Source of the DNA: Monocercomonoides exilis PA203
Lineage: Eukaryota > Protista > Preaxostyla
DNA: 64,000 nucleotides
Direction: 5' to 3'
NCBI GenBank assembly: GCA_001643675.2
Contig: LSRY02000006.1
Location: 372,001-436,000 of the forward strand
Below, one piece after another: positions 12,403 through 24,828 of the stretch. Numbering within the stretch: the stretch's first letter is position 1; each line of letters begins with the position of its first letter. The notes beneath the pieces are model-generated. The model was not told the origin of the DNA. It searched no databases and was given only the letters and a program-made list of their open reading frames with translations. Position numbers and translations under genes: made by a program.

Positions 12403-15400
12403 CAACAGCAGTGTTTTCAGCTGCAGTAGAAGAAGCAGAAGACGCAAGTGCAGAAGATGGCAAAGCATCAGTTCCATCAGCATCAGTGCAAGATGAAGAA
12501 GAAGAAAGAGGAGTAGAAGGGTTGGATACAGAAGAAGATAAACTTAAAGAAGGTATATGCGGAGGAAGAGAAGGTTGATCAGAAGAACCAGATTGCAACG
12601 AACCAGAATTAGAAAGTGAATAAGAATTAGACGGAGTTGAAGCAGAAGAAGACAGATTGGAAAAAGAAGAAGGATCTGGAAAAGAAATATTTTGTATAGT
12701 TGAATGCGGAAACAAAGAAGACGCTTTGGGGGATTTGAATAGAGAATTGCTTTGTTCTGCAGTTGACAAGAATCTGGATGGGGATAAAGACTGACTGGTT
12801 GATCGAGAAGCTGATGGTGTCGGATGATAAGCAGAAATCGGAGAGAAAGAAGAAGACAGATTTGAGTGAGACATTGAAATTGAATCAAAGTTCGCTGAAA
12901 GCGAAGAAGCAGAATTGAACAAGGACTGTTTGGATGAATCTGACGACGATTGCAATGCTGGTGATGAAGATGCCATGGATGTTGACGATGCTGTTGACAA
13001 AGCTAATGGTGATAGTGTAAGTGCTGAATACGACCCATTCATCGCAGACAAAGGATTCTCCAGCAATGGAGACTTCAGCATCAGCGGTGAGTTTGACTGG
13101 GAGACAAATGAAGAAGGCGCCACTGATGAATTCAAAGCCAGTGAAAGACTCGACATTGACGAGGCAGGTGAGTGCAGCTCGTTTGAAAGGGGCATTGAAG
13201 AGGGCGATTCCATTTTGATTGGAGCGGGTGACAAAGATGTGGACTGAGGTATCTTTGCAAGTGGAAACAAAGCAGGCGGGGTAAGCACAGAAAGCACTGT
13301 AGATGGAGAAGATGGGGTCGCAGAGGATGAACTTGGTGTAACCATCTCAGTTATGCTTTCTTTGAACAGGGACAACGCAGACAAGGCCTGCTTCGATGCA
13401 TCAGCATTAGTGATACTGTTGTTGTTGTTGTTGATCTTTGTGGATGAATGTGCCTCTGAACCAGAACTTGCAAAGGTGAACGGCGAGGAAAGCGACATAG
13501 AAGCCAGTGGAGAGTATATTGGCGGCTGGCGTGGTGTCTGTGGCGAATGAAACATCTGAGACGGCTGTGGTGGTTGTGGTGTTTGTGATGGTTGTGATAG
13601 CTGAGACGGCTGTGATGACTGTGATGGCAGTGATGGCAGCGAAGGAGAGCGGGTGGCTGGTGAATTTGGTGGCGGTGTGTGATTCAGAGTGATTTTCACC
13701 CGCGTGAACAAAGGATAATTTTGTGTGGGGCAACCGGAGCTTGAAGATGCCTTGGGATCGAGATTGGCAGACGGCAGGGCGAAGGTAAATGACCTGTAAA
13801 CTGGAGACGATGAAGCACAACTGTTTGACAACGAAGCTGATGAAACACTGGAGGAATGTGATGGCAATGGGGTTGATGAAGACACAGTTGACAACGAAGA
13901 TGGCGATGAATTCACAACTGAAGCACTCGACTTTGCTGATGTGGGCATACTCAATGTGCGTGGGAGCAAAGAAGAAAGCGACTCCAAAAGAGGATCAAGT
14001 GAAGAAATTGACGAATTAGGTGAAGGTAAAATCGAAGGCAATGAAGATGCTGAGGCAGAGCCAGAGTTCGGTAACAAAGAACAAGATGAAGTTGAGCCAT
14101 TTTTGATAAACTGCTTTTGCGCTGCTTCTTCACTAGCACTTTTTCCAAAGCAGATGTCTGAATCGAACTTCATGTGATTTTCTGAATGGAAATCTTCTTT
14201 TCTGCAATTTGCTTTTGAAACATCGCTTTTCTTCTCTGTTGCAGGCTTGTTGCTGGTGAAAAAAAGGTTGTATTCTTTGAATCTTATTTCTGGAGTGCTT
14301 TGATGGTTTCCTTCAACAGCTTCTGTGTAACCTTGTTTGCTGCAAGAACCTTTCACAGTCGTGTTTGATGAATCTTTCTCAATTTCAAAGTTATCTCTGC
14401 TGCATTTCAAATGAGTCTCTTTCATTGTAGATACGTCAATTTCATTAGCTTCTTCTTTTCCTTTCAAACTTATGTGAACGATTTTTTCTTTTGCTTCTCT
14501 CGATAAAGGCAGTCTTTGTATCTTTTGTATGTTTTGTGAGACGTTGTCACAGCTCGACTTTATTTTCTCTTCTTTTCTGTCAGTTGAAAACACCATTTTA
14601 TCACCTTCACTTTCTGCTTCACAAAGAACTCCATCCATTCGCACATCCGCTGCAATCATCTCACTTTTATATTTTTCTTCTTTCTCTTCTTTTACTTCCC
14701 GCTTCTCTTTCTCTTTCATTTTCTCTTCAAAAGTCATTCTTTCTTCTACCATATCACCTTCGTTTCCACGATTATCTTCGCCTTCAATGCTGTCTTCTGC
14801 TTTACCGCGTTTGCTTCCTTCTTCAGAAATATTGTTACCTTTTTCGCTCTTCTTTTCTGGTTCCATCATGTGCTTGGAATATCTATCGTTCTGAGAAGGC
14901 ATTGCACATTGAATACTTTCGTCTTGTAAAGAATTGTTATCTTGATCAGTCTCCTTTCTTTCCCTTTCTTCAATCAGCTTTTCATTCAACACTATCTTTT
15001 TCGATTCATAACTTTTTCCAACACTTGATCCATTTTTCAGATGCGTAGAAGCAGATTTCTTAAGCGATAATGTTATAATTTTATCTTTCTCAACTCTAAC
15101 GAGTCCTGATGATCTTAGCATTCGGATATTTGGAGTTTGCGACGATATCGTTCGCTTTTGAACAACGTTTCCACTTCTCACTTGAGATCGTTTTGAATTG
15201 ATTGATTCATTTTTTATTTGATCCAATTCATCTGAAAATGTTTCTGAATCGTGAAAAGCATTTGATTTTTGATGTTTTTCTTTGCTTTCGTACAGAGAAG
15301 AATATTCAGATGATTGTTTTTTTTCTATGCTTGATTTTCTTTTCAAATCATCAAGTTCCATTTGTTGACCACTTTTGAACTTTCGTTTTTTCGCATAAGA

Positions 15401-15709
15401 GATTTTGTCGCGCTGTTCCAGATTCTCTTCATCAGTTCTATTCTTTATGGCATCTTCGTCATGGGTTGGTTGAATGGCGCTGTCAAAGCTCTTTGATATT
15501 GTTGTTTTCTCTTGTTGTTTCATATGTGAACATGAGAGAAGCTCTGCTGATGGATAAGAATCATCAGACACGATAGTTGTTGCATTCTTAAGAGTTTTAT
15601 TTGAATGACGATGATGCTTTTCACCTTCACTTCTTCTTCTACGAGATTGATTTCTTTCACTATCTTTACATTGCTTTGCCGTCTCAGTTTCTGTCAGACT
15701 ATTATGCAT
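4538..15709 (-). CDS. ATAD2: ATAD2/Yta7/Abo1-family AAA+ ATPase (histone chaperone) with degenerate bromodomain and large low-complexity insertions
   Basis: VGGL..LHEMIVLPLLFP; Walker A GPPGTGKT (~10754-10777); family-diagnostic FFMRKGADVLSKWVGE; Walker B [55 protein letters not shown]. Degenerate second AAA module (ILFCGQSGSGQ; VLFIHRIDLLW) and LRELRI preceding bromodomain-like helices. Confidence 0.93.
12219..12402 (-). repeat. TCN trinucleotide tract encoding ~60 near-pure serines in ATAD2
   Basis: GAA/GAG/GAT repeats on the + strand; poly-S in the translated ORF. Confidence 0.9.
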
Positions 15710-15972
15710 CCGGTTCTTCTTGTTAATATATATTGAGATCTACAAAATAAATGTGAAAATTTTTGGGTTTTACTCTCTTTTCATGAAAAAAAACAAACAT
15801 ATTAAATTTCCTTTGTGATTTGTAACATTTTATGGGTATTATTCAAATTTAGTGTGAAATCTCAAAATATTTTATGGACTCTTTTTCAATTTCCATTTTC
15901 ATTTGAAAATTTTCTTGAAATCAATGTCTAATTTCGGAGTATTTGAGAACAAAGAAAAAAGTATGGGTAACA

Positions 15973-18275
15973 ATGTTTCTCCACATCTTATTTATTGTGT
16001 CTCTGCTTTCAGCAGTTGATTTTTTTGAGCCATATAAACAAAGAAATCCACTAAGAAAAGTGTGGAATGAAGCTGTTGATGAAGGAGGAAATCCTTTGCT
16101 CAATTTGCTATCAAGAGCTTATAAAGTTACAAAAGAAGGCTGGAAGACTATTAAAAAGACAGCTCATACAATTTCCACTTCAAAATCACAACACTTTCTT
16201 AGCGAACGTCTTGGGCTTAACACTTCTGAAAACAAAAGTGCATATTCTCAAAACAAAACTCAAAATGTTGATCCAACGTGTAATGGGCATGGAACTTACG
16301 TGAACGGGAAATGTACGTGTACTGGAAATTACTTTGGAGAATCTTGCCAATATACGTGTAATAACGGAGTTCTTAATCAAGGATTTTGCAATTGTAATGA
16401 ACATTGGAAAGGACCATTCTGCGATATTTATTGCGATCAAGGCTATTATGATCCTCGACTTCTTCCAAGTCAGTGTCATTGCCTCGAGAATTATACATCT
16501 TCGGATTGTAGTGTTAAATGTGCAAATGGAACATTTGACGGAACACGTTGTGTTTGTGAGCGAGGTTTTCAAGGTGATGCATGCGACGTGGAATGTTATC
16601 ATGGAACAAGAGAATTACGAGACGGAAGTAATGAACCTTATTGCAAATGCTTGCCTGGATATTTTGGAATTTCATGCCAATACTCAGAGTGCTATCTTGG
16701 AGAATGGGATGATGTATGTTACAAGTTTAAAAATGAAATTGTTTCAGGGAGTTCGTTTTCATTTGAAATAAACCAATTAGCAAAATGCAATTTTTGTTTA
16801 TTTTAGCTTTTAATTTTTAATGATAACTTTCAAAAAAATATTTTTTTTCCAATTTTGCTCATTCTTTGATTATTGAATGTGATTATTGTTCAATTATTTT
16901 TAATAATTCAGGCATCAGATCCAAACCGTACTTGTAAGTGCTACGCATATGCGTATCATCAAGGTAGATTATTAAAAAACGAAGCAAAAGAAAGAGGAGA
17001 AGAAGTGGATGAGAGTGATGATGATGACGACGATGATGAAGATGAAGAGATGGTTTATTGCGACAAGCTTAGAGATGTCCAATGCGAGCTGGTTGTAACA
17101 AATCCAGCGTCAGAATGCTCAGCAAAGGAGCTGGAGTCAAATAAGAATGCATACTGCATCAAGTGGGAGAAGGACAAGGAGATGGAATTGACTTTTGGTG
17201 TCGAATGCAAATTCGAAACAGGAAATATTACAAGCGATCAACCTCAGGTTTGCATACAAATTTTTGCATGAAAATATGAAAGAATTTTTTTTTGATTAAT
17301 TTGAAATCTTTGCACATCTTAAATGCACACATTTATATTATGAACTTCAATTCTTTAATGTTTGAAAAACATTTTTCTTTATTTGTTTGTTTGGTTGTGT
17401 TAGGGATATGGTCGTGTAACAGGTAACATTCTCAATGAAACAACCATTGTGTCAACAGGCGGAGACATCATTTTCATGATATCTGACAAAGTGAAAATGG
17501 ATGTTGAAGCGCGCTTGGTGAATTTCAATCGCATGAAAAACAATAAACTGGTTTTGGAAAAGAAGTATTTTTCTGCAAAGGAATTGGTTTGCTTATTAAT
17601 GTGAACCGTTTTTTGGCTTTCAAATTGAGCTTTTATATTTTTTATCATTGCTTATTTTTATATGAATATAATTATTTCAATATATAAAATCATCCTTCTC
17701 ATTCATTTCAGAACTACACGCCATCAGCTTACGATGATCTTCCAGACTTTAAGTACCCCATCACTTTGAATCTCTCTATGCTTGATCCCGATTATCCCGA
17801 TTCGTTTGTCCCTCCTCTCAGCGACTTTATCGTAACAAACAGGATTTCAATGGAGCTTTCAGCAAAACTCCTCAACGACCAGCTGACTTTTATTTCTGGA
17901 ACAAATTCGACAGCAAAAGAAGTCAATCCGAAACGAGACATACAAATTAAGAACAAGTGGGTGTATATTGATTACGGGTTTATGAAGATACCTCCGTATG
18001 TTGCACCAAAACTGGATACGTTTTTGATTGTTGTGATTGTGTTAGCGTCTGTCGTTGTGCTGCTTGTGGCCATTTACCTTATCATGATGTGCAGAGAATG
18101 CTACATTGATTACAAAGAAGATAAGGCTGAGGAGGAAGCAAAAAGACTTGCCGAAGAGAAAGAGATGGAGAACGAAGAAGAATGGAGCGACAGCGAGGAT
18201 GATTGGAGTGATAGTGATTTCTACAGTGATGATGATGAAAAGATCGATGTATTTTCAACACGCAAAGATGAATGA
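15973..18275 (+). CDS. EGF-like repeat type I membrane protein, ~607 aa; exons 15973-16713, 16912-17247, 17404-17586, 17712-18275
   Basis: Signal peptide MFLHILFIVSLLSA. Tandem C-x-C-x(5)-G-x-x-C EGF-like repeats. Three phase-0 GT-AG introns join the ORF-track pieces in frame. TM FLIVVIVLASVVVLLVAIYLIMM followed by an acidic tail. Confidence 0.85.
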
Positions 18276-18838
18276 ATGTGAATTTATAATCATAATTCAG
18301 TTCTTAATGTTAAAAAATTTTTTATTTGAAAAGTTAATGTAAATACATATATTAAACAGCGCAATCAAGCGGAAGAGATTTTGCAGATATGCAGTTTAGG
18401 GGAAAATGGAATATTTTCTGCTCACAACATCATTTCTTTTTCTTTTTTTCTTTTCTTTTTTAAATTCACTTCTCGATTTTTTCGTTTCTTTTTTAAAATT
18501 AATTTTTGTAATTGTTGGCTCGTTGTAATCAATAATTACTTCAAGCATTTTGTTTGTTAATATTTACAACATTGTGTTGATAAATTAATTTATGCTCCTT
18601 ATGCTTTTATTTTATCTAATAAATGAAATTTTTGAAAAAAAGATTGCTTCAAACATATACAATCTTTCATTAGTCTTTTGATGCCTTTTCATTTGTAAGT
18701 GAAATTTTTTTATTTACAGAATGTGGAAATAATTTCTTTAACATTACAAATATGTGTGTTGTGAAATTATTTTAAAAAAATAAAATAGGCGAAGTTGAAA
18801 TTATTACTTAGGTTGTAAATTTTTTGTAAAAAAAAGTA

Positions 18839-19233
18839 TTAAATCATTCCAAATCCAAAAGGCATCATTCCACCTAATCCATATCCAAGCCCTCCAAGTC
18901 CATAACCTCCTAGGCCGTATCCCATTCCGTATCCCATGCCGTACCCCATTCCGTATCCTCCCAGCCCATATCCAAGTCCTCCAAGACCATAGCCCAGACC
19001 GCCCAAACCATATCCCAATCCACCGAGCCCGAATGGCATTCCAAGTCCAAATCCTCCCAAACCGAATCCAGGGAGAAACAGAGCATCTTTAAAATGAATG
19101 AAATTAAATTATCAATCAACGTTATTTGAAACAAACTTGCCAATGGGGCAGAACCATCATCTTCGCAGCATTCAATTTCTTCACAATTTCTAATTGCAAA
19201 AGCTGTTGCAAACAAAAGAAATATTGGATACAT
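18839..19233 (-). CDS. Small secreted Gly/Tyr-rich repeat protein, ~114 aa; exons 19233-19137 and 19086-18839
   Basis: Signal-like MYPIFLLFATAFA and short Cys-containing N-terminus. A 50-nt GTTTGT...AAAG intron in phase 1 joins it to (GLGGLGY)n/(GMGY)n repeats ending at TAA. Confidence 0.8.
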
Positions 19234-19802
19234 GTGTTTTTTCTGTTTAAATTTATAATGTTTCAAATATGTAAACTCTGAATCTCGCAGAACTTTACAG
19301 TTATTTATTTTCTTTTTTGCTCAGATAACAGCAAAAACAAAGCATATCCCATGTCGTTATCCATGCTGAGCAAAGTTTTAGAATTTTCATAACATTTAAA
19401 AACAAATACCCAATTTATACACTGTTAGAAGGTTTCATTCACATTTCTGATCTTCAATATCCATAATTACATAATTTTTGACATTTTTATAAAAAAATGA
19501 ATCAATACTCTCATTCGTTTTTCAGATCAAGTCCATTTTACGGAATGTTTTCTGATTAATCCAACATTGTCACTTATATAAAGGAATGATCGAAATAAAA
19601 AAATTATTTTTCGGCAGAAAATTAAATCAGAAATTGATATCATTCCAAAAAAAATATTTTTTAAAAAAAAATCGAACAATTATTATCGAAATTATTTTTT
19701 CGATTTGATTTTCAGGTGAAAACATAAGATTTGCATAATTTTGAAGAATTCTAAAGATCAAACATCCAAATTCAACGTTGTAATTTATCAGTTCATAAAT
19801 AG

Positions 19803-20018
19803 AATATGGCTGATCCTTTTTGAAATCATTCTTTCGTTCGAGTTTTGATCAAAATTTATATCTCAATGGGATTTTTGTGAAATTTATGTTTTTGCAATAA
19901 CTGCATCATAAACAATAAGTATTTTCAGTTAAAACTCAATTTTTCAAAATCCCATTGAAAACTGTATTTTGATCAAAACTCGAACAAAAGAATGATTTCA
20001 AAAAGGATCAGTCATATT
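19803..20018. repeat. Long inverted-repeat (palindromic) element, copy A
   Basis: 19803-19855 matches the reverse complement of 19966-20018 at 51/53 bases. The inner extension TCAATGGGATTTT / AAAATCCCATTGA pairs too. Each arm contains the perfect palindrome TTTTGATCAAAA. Confidence 0.9.
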
Positions 20019-20495
20019 TTCAAGTTTTGATTAAAAGCAGTCAGAAATTTTATTGAGTTGTCAAACTCCTTTTTTTTCTTTATTCAATTTTAATCAGCTC
20101 TTTTTTTTGTTGTTGCTCAAAATTTTTACTGAAATGGATTATTTTGATCATATTTGTGTTTCCAATGACCTATTTTTTTCAAGATTAGATATCAAACAAA
20201 AAAAAAAAGAAAAGAAAAAAGAAATTGAAACGTAATTTCGTTTTTTTGACTTTCATGCATAATACTGAAAGGGATCGAATTTTGATTTTATAAAGCTCCG
20301 TTTTCAATTTTCATGAAATATTTTCTAAAAAAGCTTATCAGAAACAAAAATTGGTAAATTAAAAATGATTTAAAAACTCAGTCAAATGAAGCACTGTGAT
20401 TAACAAAAACAACTGAAAATTGAATTCATGAAATGTTGAAACAAAGTGGAATTGGGATGGTTGATTAATTGTGTTTGTAATCAGACAGCATTTCT

Positions 20496-20501
<6 letters not shown>

Positions 20502-20537
<36 letters not shown>
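20502..20537 (+). repeat. poly(A) homopolymer (36 nt)
   Basis: Read directly from the sequence. Confidence 0.95.
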
Positions 20538-20541
<4 letters not shown>

Positions 20542-21048
20542 TTTTTAATATGCATAGAAAAAGAATTGCACAAACAGTCACAACCGGATATAATCACATG
20601 GGTTTTGCACGACTTTTTGTAACTATAACCGATTGTGATAACATTCGACGTGACATTCCACAGAAAGATAAAAATATAAATTTTTGAAATAATTGATTTT
20701 TGGTCGATTATTTTATTTTTTTCAAATTCTTCACAACAAATCAATTTTCACTTGAGAAAACAATTTTTGTCATTGACACACAAAATTAAGACTTATTTAA
20801 CACATTTCTGAAAAATCGAAAAAATGAAATTTTTCATTGAAAAATGAACCCACAACAATACATAATGCGATTATCCATTTTTGACTATGTGATAATATGC
20901 AATGGAAAATGAATGAAAAACAAGTGAAAAATGTTCTTGCACACAAAAATGTGACAATAAACGAATGTGATTACATTCGATGTGTTAATATCCGGTTTGG
21001 ACTGTATTAATTAAAGATTTTTTTCAAATTTGCATTTGTCAAGTGGGC

Positions 21049-21310
21049 ATGGGCGATTGTTTTTGAAATCATTTGCTTTTATTCACAGTTTGGATCACAA
21101 CAAACTTTGTTCCTATGGAATGGATAATCTTAGAATTAATGTTCTTTGCATTGCATTTTTCACAAAAAAAATTTGATTCACTCAAACGAAAAATGACGAA
21201 CAACACAACTTAAAAGATTCTTTATTTGAACTCATCTATTTGGTATGTTTAACAAATTTTTGAATCAAAAAATCGAACGGAAAAATGTGATTTCAATAAT
21301 AATCACTCAT
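21049..21310. repeat. Degenerate copy B of the palindromic element
   Basis: Left end ATGGGCGATTGTTTTTGAAATCA...TTTGGATCACAA and right end TTTTGAATCAAAAAATCGAAC...TGATTTCAATAATAATCACTCAT resemble the arms of copy A and are approximate reverse complements of each other. Confidence 0.6.
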
Positions 21311-21639
21311 CATTTGTTTCTCCACAAACAAAATTCACTTTTTGAATTGTTTGTGTTCAAACACTTTTGATTAATTTGCAAAATGCACGGTGATTGCATT
21401 ATTTTCTGAAGATTGTTGTTTCAACAGTTCAACAAAAACATTCTTATTTTCATTTTGTTTTGAATGAAAACTTTGGAAAATTGAAAAGCCGAAAAGATTT
21501 GCCAAATAAATAATGAAAAATAAAAAAAGCCACAATCATTCTTTTTCTGATTAAAAACAATTCTTTTTGAAAATTCAAGGAAAAAAAAAAAAAAAAAAAA
21601 CAGTCGAAAAAACAAACAAGATTAAACGAGCCATTTCTG

Positions 21640-22560
21640 CTTTTTTCAACAAATCTTAATTTTTGCCTGCTGAGTGTTTATTAGATCCTTTCTCATTCTG
21701 TTTAGCAAGTTTGCTTTCATGAGGAAGATGGCAAAGAATGAGCAGAAGATCTTGAACAGACCGTTTATGCAACAGCGAGAAATGATATGAAAGAAATCGA
21801 AATTGTGGTTTGGGCATATCGCCAAAGGAGCATTGGGGTAAATTAGAAAAAGAGAAAGAGGCTTCTAACAAAATACACATATATCATATCACTGGAAGAA
21901 ATGGGGAGATGATATGCATCCATGAAATAGTCTGGATGACGAATGACGTGTTCCTCTTCGTTCCGCAGCGATGACGAAAAACATTTGTTTTCAACTAATT
22001 TAAACTTTTTCGAAGTGCTTTTTTTTCCAACATATGAGAATACGCATCACCATGCACTCCGACTGCTCTTCTGATTCTGATTCATCACTCTTCTCTTCAT
22101 TAACGACTGGTTCTTCTTTGTCTGATATTTCAGCAATGAGCGATGATTTGACAGACTCGCCTCCCTCTTCCATCTGTTCTTGAAGATGACTCAAACAACA
22201 GGAAAAAGTGCTCGAGGTTGATGGCAACTGAACTGATTATTGGAACAAAGAAGCATGCGAAGAAGAAGAAGACGACTGTGCTTTCAGTTGTGTTGATGCT
22301 GTGAGAGTACCTGATTCTCCAGATCCAGTTTGATGCGCATGAGGCAGATGTCACTGGGTAGAAGATTGCAATTGGCAAAAAATCGAATTTGACAGTTCTC
22401 AGATGCTCCACTTTCCGAAAGCTCACATAGAATTGCGCATTCCCTTCACCATCCGAGTGTCTGTCTCTCCTTCTGCTCAAAAGAGATTTTCCCACTCATT
22501 TCCCAGCTGACCCAGCCATCAGAATTGCATCAGTTGCAATTGTCATCGATGATTCCTTCA
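21640..22560 (+). pseudogene. Decayed C-terminal fragment (TM, juxtamembrane, pseudokinase) of the giant receptor family
   Basis: Translation gives HMRIRITMHSDCSSDSDSS, then KKCSRLMATELIIG...LSVVLML*EYLILQIQFDAHEADVTG*KIAIG, then KRDFPTHFPA. These match HMVICIVMHSD, KECLRWKAPELL...FSIGMMLWECLTLQIPFGDYEAEVAGQKIVNG and RKEFICFFPSG of the 24829 protein. In-frame TGA at 22302 and TAG at 22359, plus frameshifts and deletions. Boundaries approximate. Confidence 0.85.
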
Positions 22561-24828
22561 GAACAACAAAATGATATCAGATGGCGCAGCAGATCATTTT
22601 CTGATTATTCATCCATAATATGTCTTGGCGCTGTTCCTTTTGCTCATCTCCATTTCTTTTCCGATCATTTGCTTCTTTATCTCATTGCATCATGCATAGT
22701 TATCTTTCCTTTCACAACTCTTCAATTTCTTTGCCTTTCCATTCCTTCCAAAAGAAAATTGCCAGCCTCCAAACTCTGCGCCATCAATTCTTTTCCTAAT
22801 TGAACTTTTCTAAATGTCACGGCAAGTGCATTTCACAACTTCATACAGAGAATGCCTCTTCACAACCTTCTCGCAGCGATCCTGTGCAAACCACTCCATT
22901 GCTTCATTTTCACGTCCATTTCATCAGCCTTGCATTCCATATCATCACAAAAGGATTGAATAACTGCTTTCAAATCGAAGTCAAGAAAAGTGGATATCCA
23001 TTAACATGCGATACGAAACGAGAATCCCGAAGCTAGTGCGTTTTATCGAACCTGGCCAAATGATTAGAAATGCGTTTATAAAAAATTATTCAAATAAATT
23101 AAAAACAGTTATTCGTAACTGAAAGAAACAAACAATTCATCATTAATGCACCTGACTTCAATTCAATAGTAGAATTTATTTGCAATTACTCCATTGTTTC
23201 AGCAGACAAAGGAGAAGATTTATAAAAACAGAGTTTTGCTCCGTTAAAAAAAAAATTCCTCCATTGAGCTTCTCTGTCCAATATAACACCTTTCGCAACG
23301 AAATCATTCGATGCAACACAAATCCTTCTGCAGATCTTGTCACACATGGGTTCAAGGTTCAGAAGGGCAATTCGTGCTTTATTTGTCTTGTTTTCTGCAC
23401 AAAATCCAAAAAACTTAAATGCCATAATGACCCAACGAACAGATGTCACAAAATAATGCAACACATGTTTCATTTGCTCTTTTTCAAAGACAACAGAAAA
23501 GACGCTGCCAAAGCGAAAAAACAACAAAATCAATAAAAACAAGCAGCATTCAATGCAAACCTGTCTCAAATTGTGTGCATCCTTGCACAAGTGTTGCAAC
23601 ACTTTTTCCAATAGCAGTGCAGCAGTTGGCACGTTGATGAAGCCGTCATCTGTCCGGATAACGCATTTTCCATTTTCGTTTATTGCCCAACATTTCTTCC
23701 TCTTTTCAGAAAAAAATGATAATTGACAAAATACTCAAGAGAAAGGAGGAAAACATGCAAGTAATTTTCTGGTGAAAAAAAGACTAATTTATGTTCTTTA
23801 TGTGATGCATGCTTTGAGATTGTCTGATGCTTGTGAAGAGGAGTATTTTTAAACTTTTCGAAAAGTGTCTGTTCTTGAAACAGAAACTGAGAGCTGTTTC
23901 AGTAATTTCTGAAAAGTGATGTATTTTTTATGTATTGCATGGTGTGTGTCTTTTCATTTGAATTTACTGTCTCATTTGTTGCAGGGATTCCGATTTTATT
24001 GATTTGCTAATTCTCGATGACAAACAACTACAACACAAAAACCAGAAGAACAAGATACCAAAACAATTTCATGAATAAAAAGTGAATTTACGATCTTTTT
24101 GGAAACGCCAAACACGTCAATTATTTGGCTTATGAAGCGAACGCAGTTTTATTTGCTTTACTGATTCTTTGCTCCACTCTGAAAGCCATTTCAAAAAGTG
24201 GCAGATTCAGATCACCTGTAACTTTCAGTTCATTAAATATGTTCAATATATGCCGCATTCGACAAGGACAGATATCGATGCGTTTTAAGTGCTTTTGAGG
24301 TATTTTCGAAACAATCAAAGAAAAAGCAAGAAATTTGTGAAAATGGAGTTGGAACAATTTGAATCGTTGCAAATGAAAAACAGTGACAAACATTGATAAC
24401 TTTTTGTATTTTCTCTCGAAAGGGTGAGCCAAAAGAATTCGATTTCGAGTTGTTTCACATTTTTCTTTTTCCTTTTCATTTTCTCTGTTTCATTTGATTA
24501 TTTTTTTATTGTTCATTTTTTGTTTGATATTTTAATTCAATGGACGTTTTGTAAAAAGCAGATCAATGAATTTTTCTTATCCACATTAATATGGTCTTTG
24601 TTGAATGCGTTGTTCGACTGGCAATGATTGAATGAAGAATGCTCAAAAAAAAATCATAATTTTTACATTGTCCTGGAATAAAGTTACAAACGCAGAATAT
24701 TTTGTTTCGCTATTTAAATGGCTTTGACAAGATAACGTGCTTCTCGGAATTTCATTTGTCGCTTTTTTTTAGCAGAAGTAATAAATAATTTTTGTGTGGG
24801 TGATCCACCCATTATTTGGAAGCAGAAA

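Noticed and set aside
11844-12578. Poly-Glu, poly-Lys and poly-Leu ORFs overlapping ATAD2
   Set aside because: They are antisense or off-frame shadows of the poly-Ser trinucleotide tract.
19137-19140. GC donor (GCAAGT) at 19140 for the Gly-rich gene
   Set aside because: Wrong phase; the GT donor at 19136 restores the frame.
19803-21310. Palindromic repeats as a CRISPR array or bacterial terminator
   Set aside because: Eukaryotic context, no regular repeat-spacer period and no cas genes.
22302-22361. TAG at a Gln position suggesting a TAR=Gln genetic code
   Set aside because: The same fragment has TGA at a Trp position and frameshifts, TAA ends intact genes (SUN, Gly-rich protein), and multi-kb ORFs lack in-frame TAR. 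It is a pseudogene.
24796-24828. GTG/TTG starts in the ORF track (24796, 15943, 34033, 47481 and others)
   Set aside because: These are eukaryotic genes; downstream ATGs give signal peptides or upstream exons supply the start.
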